Assembly: GCA_965285935.1 (NCBI GenBank)
Contig: OZ260664.1
Coordinates: 81,468,001-81,532,000, forward strand
Direction of reading: 5' to 3'
Origin: Ophelia neglecta
Taxonomy: Eukaryota
DNA length: 64,000 bases
This document shows, piece by piece, positions 1 to 11,214 of the stretch. Position 1 is the stretch's first letter, and every line of letters begins with the position of its first letter. Made by a program: the position numbers and the translations under genes. Under the pieces are notes generated by a model, which was not told the DNA's origin, did not search any database, and saw nothing but the letters and a program-made list of their open reading frames with translations.

Positions 1-138
1 GTCTACCGTTGGTCTGTGAAGTAAGCACACTCACAAATACATTGCTAAGGAACATCAAACTAATTTTTAAATAAATATCTTGAATTCAGTGAGACATGTA
101 ACACGATCAGAGGTTACATATTACTGTGTTTTTTTTAG

Positions 139-3100
139 GGAGGCTTGTATTCCTTGGTGTTGATGGATAATTACACAGCCGCCTGGGCTCCTTTGGTTAT
201 TGGTATAATGTTGTGTGTGGCCCTGGCTTGGGTATACAAGGTTGACAACTTCAGTGGTGCTATCAAAGCCATGCTTGGTACTGAACCTAATTTTTGGTGG
301 AAACTGATGTGGAAGTACATTACACCTGCTCTTCTGCTTGTGAGTTGTTGAAACCTTTATTTTTCAGTTACATTAAGCTTTATAGTATTATGGTCAAAAG
401 CTGAATTAAAGTCTATGTAAATGAAGCATTATTGGTAATATGGAGCGGGCCTGGTACAGTCTACAATTTGCTGAATTTCAAATGCATATTGATATTATCC
501 TTTCACTTTATCATCATTAGATAATTGAATTATTGCTTGATAAAGAAAGCATGTTATAAACTGAAAAAAAATCCCTATGCACGTTCCTCTTAGTAGCATT
601 AGATTAAGTAATATTTTCAAATCTCGTTCATCAGGCAATTTTGTTGTTCCAATGGATAAGTTATAAATCACCAACACTTGATGGATACAAATATCCAGAC
701 TGGGCTCATGGCTCGGCACTACTTCTGTCGTTTGTGCCGATACTGGCCATTCCTCTTGTTGCCGGGATACAACTGATCAGGAGTGGAAGGTGCAGCAAAC
801 AGGTAATTGATTCAATTACACATGTACTTCTCAAAATGCATATTTGTAAATCTAGATCATAGAAATTAATGCAGTGCATCAGATATATATAGCGACTTTT
901 TATTGGCATCCAACTTGCCACATCAATATTTGCCATCGGTACATTTCTGCATCGTCGAAAGAGAGGAGAGTCAAAATACTGTGACTGCTTTAGACTGCTA
1001 TTGTGTAGGTTGTGCCGTTGTTTTTTAAACACCAACACAGTAAAAGCCTACGATGGCTTTGAGTGATCTATTCCACTCATTCTAGGGCTTGTGGCCATGT
1101 GCTTATGCCTCATAGTAGTCTTACTGATATGATATCGTATGTTTCAGATTCTCTTGTTCAGTCACAATAAAAGTGTGACTAGTGCACTTTTAATGGTTAA
1201 CATCTTAATACACCATCGAGCAGATTTAATCCTCTTTTCCTCTTTTGTGTGCAAGAGGATTTGACATCCTTCTCTTTGTCTTGTTGTATTGGGGTCCCTG
1301 TTTTCAGACCTACACTCTCCACGCTGAAGAATGATAGAAAGCCCCTTCTATTCCCTGGTCTTGGTCGCCCCTCTCCCGGTGTACGGCAGGGCTGCAGGGT
1401 CAAGCATACAACACACACAGCAACGAGTGCAGGGATTTATTTGATTATCGAGACAATTTATCCTTTGGTCCACAAATGTTACGAGAGCTTGTACCATTAT
1501 AGACTCTCCCAGAGCATAATTCATCTCTGTCCTATGGTGTCTACTTATTCGTTTACTTTGTGTTCTGACTGACTCACATCATTGAAAACTTTGACTTCTC
1601 ATTGCATGTTTTACTGGGGATTGATGTATCAATGTGTGTTGGCCTGTGACTGCCGGCTCTAATGATTTCGGACTGATTTAAGGAACTTTTCTTGATAAAT
1701 GGTTTATCAAGAATATATTCTTCCTTGTGATTTCAGACTGAATTAATGGAGTATTCATAACCGATTTTACTTTGTATATGAGGCATCCACCCCCTTTTTT
1801 TAACATAATGGCAGGTGCACAATGGGAAGCAGTTCAATTCCTCAGAGGCATTTCAATTTTTGTATTAACCCTAGCATGTACAATTTGTTTACAAAAACCA
1901 AATTAACCTAATCAACATTGATACCAGAATGTCAAATTCCCACAACACCAAACCGTAGTTCAACACCATCAAAATAAATTGTTCAAACGTTGAGTTCATC
2001 TGCACAGGACTTCATTTGCACATTAATATTCGAGTGCTTCCGTAAAGAAAACAGTCTGTGATGCCTGATTAGCCTGCGAGTCAGAACCCAGGGAGCTCTT
2101 GATGATAACACCAGGACCAAATAAGAAAAGTTTGATAGATTCTATATGTCACTGCATTAACATAACTTTCTTTGTGTTGCAACGGGTACCAATTGAAATG
2201 TTGCATATTGGAGGTCTACTGGTTGTCTTTAGTAGGTTTTATTGTCTCCCGTCGCCGCGGAGCAGCGGAAGGGAGACATAGTAATGGCCCTGTCCGTCCG
2301 TCCGTCCATCCGTCTGTCCGTCCCATTTTCGTTTCCGGAGCATATCTCGGAAACTACTGCGCCGATTGCGACCAAACTTCACAGGAGCATTCACCATGGG
2401 CCCTAGTTGTGCCTTTTGGAGTAACTGAACTTTGGCCTACTTTTCTTGCAAAAATAGGGCCCGATTTGTGCAATATCACCAATGCTTCATTTCCGGAGCA
2501 TATCTCGAAAACTACTGGGCCGCTTACGACCAAACTTCACAGGAACATCCCCTTTGGGCCCTAGTTGTGCCTTTTGGGGTAACTGAACTTTGGTCTAGTT
2601 TTCTTGCAAAACTAGGGCCCTATTTGTGCAATTCTGCCTATGCTTCATTTCAGGAGCATATCTCGCAAACTGCTGGGCCCATTACGACCAAATTTCACAG
2701 GAGCATTCCCCATGGGGCCTAGTTGTGCCTTTTGGGGTAACTGAACTTTGGCCTACTCTTCTGGCGAAACAAGGACCAGATTTGTGCAATTTAGGCAATG
2801 CTTCATTTCCACAGCATATCTCGGAAACTTCTGGGCCGATTGGGACCAAACTGCACAGGAGCATTCCCCTTGGGCCCTAGTTGTGCCTTTTGGGGTCACT
2901 GAACTTTGGCCTACTTTTTATGCAAAACAGGAGCCCGATTTGTGTAATTTTGGCGATGTTTGCTTTCTGGAGCATATCTCTCGCACTATTGGGCCGATTG
3001 TGACTAAACTTCACAGAAACATCCCACATGGGCCCTAGTTGTGCCTTTTGGGGTAACTGAACGCAGAGGAGACACACCCATGGCTGATGGAGAACCTTTG

Positions 3101-4300
3101 TGTGAAGTTTGAACATATCATTTTCATATACCCCGTAGTCATTAATCACCTCAGTGGCTTATACTGATTCTCAACCATTAACATACATCTCTTGTCCATC
3201 TTCTTTTTTGCCAATTACTTATTTAGCGACGGGAGACCGTGGGCCCGCTGGCCTACTTGTTGTGTTATTGGGTTCTTAGTTTTCAAGAATAAAAATCAAA
3301 AGCTGGGATAGAAGAAGTAGTCCCAGACAAAAGGCATGAATAAAGCAGTATAAGCAAAGTCCTTGTGGTGCATTTGCAGGAAGGTGTGAAATTTGGATGA
3401 CAACTATTCTCATAGTGTTAGATGACACTAATAGCTGTATTTCAAAATACCTTGGTCGACATGTTAGATTGACAATGTGTCACAATGAAATATATGTTTT
3501 TGGTTTGTTTAGGGATTATCCAAGCACTTCTCCCCCAAGTTGGAGTGGGGTCCAGCTTTGGACAAACATAGGAAGTCGATCTTCATTCCAGGTGTTGTCA
3601 ACGTCCAAGAAAAAATGAACCAGGTTGCCCTATGGGTGGCCGAAGGTAGGCAGGCGGGCCCATGTCACTTTTATGAGCTTAACCCTTTTCTTTTGGATAC
3701 ATACCAATAGTAATGAATTACTACTATATATAGAAATTTCATTAGGAGAATGAAAACAAAATGAAACAAAATGGCAAGGTAGGTAAAACGTAACTGATCA
3801 GATAGGGTTTGAAGCACTTTTCATACAAAATACTAATTTAAAATATGCTTTTAGGCCAGGTGTTTCAAACAGATTCAAATAAGGAAGTCAGTTTACACAG
3901 CAATAATCAAGACACTTTAAAGATGAAACAACTGAACTTGGATGATAATTACGACAAACTCTCCATGGAGAGTCATCAAGGGTCAGCCTCTACCAAGTCA
4001 GAGTCCCAGTCTATCCAGTCAGGTGACCGGTCTGGTGGCTCTGGAAAACAGGCTATAGAGTGCACCCTGGGAGAAGACATGGGTGAGAGTAATGTTAGAT
4101 CATGTGAGGACGCATTGCAAAATATGCCTTCAACATCACATAATGAGCAAGAGCCAAGGGGTCAGCTTATGAAGAAACAAATGGTTCAGAAGACACAGGA
4201 TCAAAATACACACAGAAAGCATGACCGACGAAAAGACGTTCAGAAAAGAGAAAAAAATACAAAAGGATTCAATGTGAAATTTCCAGGTGATGTGTTTTGA
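139..4300 (+). CDS. SLC6/NSS family Na+/Cl- dependent transporter (glycine/proline/GABA-transporter-like), 3' part, last 4 coding exons; 5' end lies upstream of the window
   Basis: Exons 139-339 (GGLYSLVLMDNY...WVYKVDNFSGAIKAMLG...WWKLMWKYITP, TM10-11), 635-802 (YKSPTLDGYKYPDWAHG...IPL, TM12), 3513-3645 (LEWGPALDKHR, typical SLC6 C-tail motif) and 3855-4300 (polar tail, TGA). All introns are GT-AG with phases 0,0,1 matching. AATAAA near 4704 and 4733. Confidence 0.9.
2237..3261 (+). mobile_element. Non-autonomous Helentron/HINE (DINE-1/pearl-like) element with ~158-bp internal tandem array, in SLC6 intron
   Basis: Subterminal inverted repeat GTCTCCCGTCGC (2244-2255) / GCGACGGGAGAC (3226-3237); partial IR GGGAGACA at 2271; (GTCC)n microsatellite ~2292-2323; ~4.7 copies of a 158-bp unit (~2330-3062); 3' hairpin GTGGGCC-CGCT-GGCCTAC (3239-3256); T-rich ends. 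Confidence 0.8.
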
Positions 4301-4911
4301 TTTTCCTTCACTCGAGACTTTTTCTTCGCTCCTCACTTGAGCGTTTTATTCGACGTTTTCACTGACTTTAGATTTGAGTACATGCAACCTTAGTAACAAT
4401 GTTCTGACCGACTTCTGGAATTATAGTCTTTTCCAATGGGAAGTTTAATTGGTCAATTTTTATTGTTAGGCGTTACTTTGATGTAAAATAATATTAAATG
4501 CTTTTTACCAGTGAAATAGTTAATTTGAATATATGCCGACTATAATTGAGCTATATGTTTTCTAGATAATCCCAATATACATGATGATATTATTTATGTG
4601 AAGATGTCGAAATCGCCAGTTCTTACGATGGATAAATCCATACAGACAATTGAAAGTTATTTACAGGTATGCCTTAAATAATATACCATCTGTGGTGCCT
4701 TAAAATAAAATTAATACATATTTTGTAAATTTAATAAATGCCATATGTTCTTTTAACTATTATTGTGTTCAAATGCATACAGGCATGGTAACATCGGATT
4801 CCTGTTGCTAGGATAATCATCAGATATTAATAGCATATTTAATAAGAAATTTTTATTCATATATGCAAGATCACTGATCAAATCAATAATATAACGGTGG
4901 GGTCAAAGGGA

Positions 4912-6255
4912 TTATTTTATCCGCGAAATGCGGATATTATGTTTTCAGTAGCGCCGCCGCCGCAGATTTAAGTCGTTAACGCGATAACTCAAAAAACATT
5001 TCGCACATCTTTATCAAATTCAACACAGCCATAGACCTTATTGAGAGGAGGAACTAATTAGATTCTGGTGAAAATCCAATAATTATTAATTAGTTAAAAC
5101 AATTAATTAATTACGTCAGAAACGCATTTTCTGCAATAACACAAAAAATATTTGATACATCTTTTTCTAATTTGACACAGCCATAGACCTTATTGAGAGG
5201 AAGATCTGGACTTATTCTTGTGAAATTCGGATAATTATTAATTATTTAAATAATTAATTTATTATGTCAAAAACACCTTTTCTTTCACATATTCGACAGT
5301 ATAGATGATATTGGCTTCAAATTTTGTGTCATGATTCATGTAATAAGTATATACAATCTGTGTAATAAGTTAACCATATACAATCTGTGTAATAAGTTAA
5401 TTAGTTAACATTATTAATGGCCTGAAAAAAAAATTAGTTAAGGTGGTTTTGCATTATTACTGAGGTCATATGGAACCAACTTTATTAATGACCTGCCTTA
5501 TTATTGAGGTCATATAGAACATTCTACAATCTGTGTTACAAGTTAACTAGTACTGTGTAATAAGTTAACTAGTTAACTTTATTAATGACCTCAAAAAAAT
5601 TAGTTAATGTAGTTTTGTATTATTATTGAGGTCATATGGATGGAACCTACTACAATCTGTGTAATAAGTTAACTAGTTAACTTTATAAATGACCTGAAAA
5701 AAAATTAGTTAAGGTGGTTTTGCATTATTATTGAGGTCATATGGAAACAACTTTATTAATGACCTGCCTTATTATTGAGGTTATATAGAACCTTCTACAA
5801 TCTGTGTTAACAAGTTAACTAGTACTGTGTAATAAGTTAACTAGTTAACTTTATTAATGACCTCAAAAAAATTAGTTAAGCTAGTTTTGCATAATTATTG
5901 AGTTCATATGGAACCTACTACAATATGTGTAATAAGTTAGAAAAAATTTAGTTCAGGTCGTTTTGCACTATTATTGAGGTCTTATGACACCAACTTTTAA
6001 GAATGACCTGCATTATTATTGAGGTCATATAGAACCTACTACAATGTGTAATAAGTTAACTAGTACTGTGTAATAAGTAAACTAGTTAACTTTATTAATG
6101 ACCTGAACAAAATTTAGTTAAGGTCGTTATCTTTTGTGCCAATTAAAAACTACCATATTCACTACCTCGCCTTATGCCATGTTCCCCATTCGAATATTGC
6201 ACACATTCGCGGATATACCCCTTGCTGTCGGCCCCCCGACAGCGTTGGCCTAGTT
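4912..6255 (+). mobile_element. Second, unrelated non-autonomous Helentron/HINE-like element with AT-rich internal tandem repeats
   Basis: Subterminal IR TATCCGCGAA (4918-4927) / TTCGCGGATA (6206-6215); 5' hairpin TATCCGC..GCGGATA; (GCC)n at ~4952; two ~152-bp units followed by an AT-rich array with ~270-bp periodicity (5350-6130); 3' hairpin GCTGTCGG-CCCC-CCGACAGC (6224-6243), then CTAGTT. Confidence 0.75.
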
Positions 6256-6309
6256 TAACTTTGAAGTATTTGTTATTTCCAGAAAAATCCCGATGGACAC
6301 CCAACACAA

Positions 6310-6450
6310 CCGAGTAATGAGTACAGGATATCACATGTAGAACCAGATTCTGTGACTCTATCACGTCTTTGAACTGATTGACTGCCTCATTATCCATGGA
6401 ACCATTTTGGGTGCTGATGTAACTTATATGTAAACGCCAAAAGGGCCAGT
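6310..6450 (-). mobile_element. Degenerate LINE (CR1/L2-clade-like) endonuclease-region fragment
   Basis: Translation NEAVNQFKDVIESQNLVLHVISCTH resembles the F..ll.s.nL.QHV..pTH motif of non-LTR APE domains; short and decayed. Confidence 0.35.
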
Positions 6451-7279
6451 TCTTATGATGGATAGTCAATATCCTACATCCAAACAGACCATTGAATGTT
6501 TACATAATAGCCAAAAAACTTTTAAAGTCACTTCTGCATGGCACATGGAGAAACTGTATCCTGAAGTGCACCATAACTGTACCTTCATCATCTGGTTTAA
6601 AGCCATGTTTCAGTTATAGCTAACCAGTTTAGTGCATACTGAATGATGTAGCCACTCCGGTCACACACTTCATATGGTAATTGTCAATAATGAATACTGG
6701 CTTCAAAGTGCACAATCTGCAGGGCCCACGACTGCCTGACTATCGGACTGGGCATTTTCAGCATCTTACAGTGAGAGCTGACAGAGTCAGGAAGGTCATT
6801 ATAAACTGGACAGTAGAATACGAGTGAGATCAACACAAATCACCACATGTACAATGAGTGAGTGCAAATTTACGGACCTGCTCTGGGATGGTTCTGATCC
6901 AAATGTAGTCATCCTACACTGAGATTTGGTGTTAAAGGCGAATCCTCAGAGTGTACTTCTCTACACTGTGGAATGCAGTCCTGGGGCTGTCGATGTTATT
7001 TATTAACACACTGTGCTAAGGCGACACTGTGCTTTAGCATGCCTTTCTATTTCACTGTTATGCTGCCAATAAATAGCTCTACATCTCATTCAATCCATCA
7101 AATTTGGGAAATCAAAAGCTCAACTAGAAGCTTGTGTTGGATATTTGATGTTGGGCAAAGGCTAATTTCCAGAAATAGAATAGAGACACAAAACATCTTT
7201 CATCATGTCTGGTTCAAGATCCGCTAATTCCAATCTCCAAGACATCCCATTGCAGTTAGCGAATGAATGCAACAAGCCA

Positions 7280-7435
7280 GTTGCAACTGCAAGAAACCTA
7301 GGCCTTGTTATCGATACAACTTAAAGCAATTAAAGCATGTCCAGAACGCCACCACAAGGATTGTTTTTTTTCGGCACCAGAAGGAGTTACCATATCAGCC
7401 AGATTTGCAGAGGTTGTACCCAGGCTGCCAATCTT
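7280..7435 (+). mobile_element. Degenerate L2/CR1-type LINE, C-terminal RT fragment
   Basis: ARNLGLVID in one frame and QLKHVQNATTRIVF in another match the L2/CR1 motifs ARNLGV.FD and KLQ.VQNAAAR.V; frameshifted and internally deleted. Confidence 0.5.
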
Positions 7436-8896
7436 TGAAAACCCCCATCTCGTTGACAACCACCCTCTAGGTGGTACATTTCCCTCTGCATCCCTCTTTT
7501 CTACAGACAAGTTATTGCACAACTTCCTGAACTATAAAGAAATTTATATACACTAAAGCTACCCTACTATATAGGCCCCTAATAGTTATACAATGCACTC
7601 CAAATAGATAAGTAAACTATAGATCTACAGTTTGCTGGGATTTCCTACTTCCTAGGAGATAAATCATAGTAGAACCACATTTTATAAATGTGCATATCAA
7701 GCTGAAAACTTACATTTATTACTAAATAGTTACTGTAACCCAGACATTTAAATGCGTTAAACAAAAAAGTAAATAATGTAAAAAGGGTTCATAACTTTTT
7801 TTGAAGATTGAAAATAGTACTATAATAGTAGCCTATTTTCAGGGAGAGTGCTTTCCCAAAACCAGGCTTGCCTAGTATGAGAAGACATTGCTAAGGTCTA
7901 TAGGTACTGTAGTATGTTTGATGGGCATTCTTAAGTTCATAGGCAAACATGTCAGACATATTGCAGATCTAGAATGAACATATTTATTATTAGAAAGGAA
8001 GAAATAATTAACACGTTCATCAGTTTTCAACCTTATTACGTTGGCTCGGAATGATCAGAAGACAACAGTATATATTTGTTTATTGAATCATGCAGTTGGC
8101 CTCTTGTACAGTCTGGTTTACATACTACGTTCTATGCTACTTTACTTTATCATGCGTACTACTTAATGATCCAACCTAGGATGCTGCGATTTTATTTTTA
8201 TTATATTATATTTACAACCGAACTAAAAAGGGGTTGCAGGGCGTCTCAGGTGGGTGCGGCGATGCCTGAGAACCATTTTGTTAATTTTATATGACCTAAG
8301 GCTAACATAGGCGCACAGTGAACCAGTGAAACAAATCTTTATCAACTGTTAAATAGACTATAGTAAACGTAAGTTCATGCTTAACGACACCACATAAATA
8401 CAGTTTGAATACTAAATAGACTGCAAGTTGAGGATTTGTAGTAAAATTGATACAAATGATTTAATGCCGATAAATAAAAAAGGATTGGCCGCCCCGGCAT
8501 GGTGAAAGAGGGGAGGAAAGGAAACGGACATCAGTGGCATAAAACAGCGTTCTCTGTGTGTGTAGCAAACTCAAAAAGGAACTTTCTTTTATCTAGATCT
8601 ATTTATTAAACAACTAACCTTTTATCTCCCTTTACTAACACTTTTTAATCAGAAAAACATCTGACCCATCCACCTAGAAGACTTTTTATAAAATAGAACT
8701 CAATAACCACTTACTTCTTACCATTATCCCCATGTGGATAGAAATAGACAATACAATTAGTGATAAACTATACCCAAATTAAGACACTAAATGACCCACA
8801 TGGTGTCTATGTGTCGTTAAGCCCCACAAATCCAAATCCTCTCTGATTGTACGAGTAAGCTCTGCGTATATACGCGTGTCGACATCTTATTGGAAA

Positions 8897-8983
8897 GTTG
8901 CTACAGATAGCAGGGGAAAGAAGGCCAACTACAATAAAATAGTTGCTACAGATAGCAGGGAAAAGAACGCCAATTACAACAAA
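8897..8983. repeat. Two-copy ~45-bp tandem duplication
   Basis: AGTTGCTACAGATAGCAGGG(G/A)AAAGAA.GCCAA.TACAA occurs twice in tandem. Confidence 0.7.
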
Positions 8984-11214
8984 CTATTTGTTATTACTAT
9001 CAAATTTGTTCCATCAGGTAGAAGTTATTCTAGTAAGTACAATTCGCCGACGCGACTCAGATGGGAAATTGCCGCGTTTCACTAATTCACTGCATGGGGC
9101 ATTCCCTCGGTTTGTTTATCCCAGACAATCCGTATACTATGTTTCTAAATCCAACAGAAACAATACTAGTACATCATTGGTAAAAATGCACTTCAGATAA
9201 GGAAAGAGGACATATGATGGTTAACATGTTTGAATAGTACACCCTTTTCCAAAGTGTTACGCATAAAATATTCAACCCTTTTCGGGAAAACGCTGATTTT
9301 TTTCATGTCAAAAAAATACATCTTTTTTCAAAAATCACTAACTTTCAAAAGTAAGGGAAATGCTTAATAATTCATTTGGCCTGGTAATTGGACAAGAGAG
9401 AAAGACGTAAATATTATGAAAACAACCATGGACACCTAATGCAGCCAATGCCTGTTGGAATCAGGCTGAAAACATGCCCCTTTTTAATTTCGCGAAGCCT
9501 GTTTGAAAAAAAACCCCCACCTTTTTCACTATATCACTAGATATGTTCCAGATGTGCAGGCCCCTGGGCCTATATTTAAAGCCTAGCACATTACGCCAAG
9601 CGACCGCCTCATATTTGACAAACTAGTCCTCATAAATAGGATGGTTAATAGCAGGTGTACATACACAATTATATGCTAATCTTAATTTTCCAGTAATTGA
9701 GACTTGGTAATGGAAATTTTAAAAGTGTCGGTGGATTTTTCTGTCAATGGATTCCGATCCCTATCTGTTATTTTAAATTAGTAATGTAGAGGTCTATGTC
9801 CTAGAAGCTGAAGTACATTTACCCTGTGTACATCATTGCTTTTCTGAAGCAGAAAAAGGTCCCGGTATTTAGTCGATAGCCTATTTGTTTAACTGGTTAA
9901 AATTTGTAACAGGGGAGATGACTTCACATGAACTTGAAGGTATCCCCGATCTCCGGTTTTTAGTTTCAAATACAGGTAAAAAATAATATATTCCAGTAAA
10001 ACTAAAGATTTGATGCTTTCATGATCTTCAAGGCGGTGTATGTATAGCGCGCTTTAAGTTCAGAATTACAGTACCTTTTAGGTCTAATATTTTCAACTAA
10101 CGTGTTAACATTGTCAAAATTAATTTGTTCCCAAGAAAAACACATTTAAAAGATACATAACATGTAGATCTATATGCTTATACATACAAAAATATAAAAC
10201 ATGATATTTAATAACTTCATTTTGTCCACGATCACCATTGTTCGCTTCTAAGTACGGTAAAGCCTCAAAACATCTGGTTTATAGTAAGCACGTGCATCAC
10301 TTTTGAGTATTTTTCCCTATGCTGTATTTTAAAATGTTTTCTCGCATTTTGAAATTTTGCTAAATATTTTAAATAACTCATTACCGCCTTCAAACCATAG
10401 ACGTTCAGTTGCCACTGAGTATGGACATGCAGTGTTTTAACCAATATAGCCCACACCATCTCTGATTATCCTAGGTATTCAAACTGTTGACAAGATAAAA
10501 TATTAGCAACAACAACAAAACGTCGGGCGCTGACATTACTTCATTAAAAGTCAAACTACCAGACACTAATATATTTTCTAAGCCAAATTATTTGGTGACA
10601 AGAATTGCAGTTCTTGAATATTTGTACTAACACATGTTAACATAAAATCATGCTGCTTTCATCTAACATATAATGCTCATACCATTATCGTATAGTGTAG
10701 TACCTCGACAAATCACTTTATATAATACAAATAAAATATTCTAATTGTCAGTTATGCTATAAGCCTATATCAGTTGCTCTAGTATCCTGTAAATGTATTA
10801 TAAACAAGCAAAGATTCACACAACATTCCGGTGTTTTGCAAAATCTCAAATCGGACAGGTAAGAAATTAGTTTAAGATTATGTTTTTAATTTCAATGGTC
10901 ACAATTTACAAACTACATTGTTCTTGCAGTAATACTTTGTTGATGGCATTTTGCAATTTTTTGAGCAATGAAAACAATAAACTTTGAAAATATGCAATAC
11001 TAATTTACCAATTTTATTCTTAAAGTCTTCTTTGCTAGTTTTATAAGGGCTAACTAATACTTAATGGTTATTCATTTCCTCTGACTTACAATGTTTATTT
11101 TGGAGTAAACGCTTCATTATTACATGTAAGATTTTTTGTAACATCTTGGAGTTCCTAAAGACCAAAACCTCACTCGTCTGTATTCATGCTCTTTAATGCC
11201 CTCTTCAGGGCAGC

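Noticed and set aside
2099-3149. Overlapping repeated ORFs (WALVVPFGVTELW)
   Set aside because: Translations of the 158-bp repeat, shifting frame with each unit.
6260-11200. Hidden phosphatase exons downstream of the FN3 gene
   Set aside because: No KNRY, DYINA, WPD or HCSAG-like motif was seen by eye or in the ORF track; very small exons cannot be wholly excluded.
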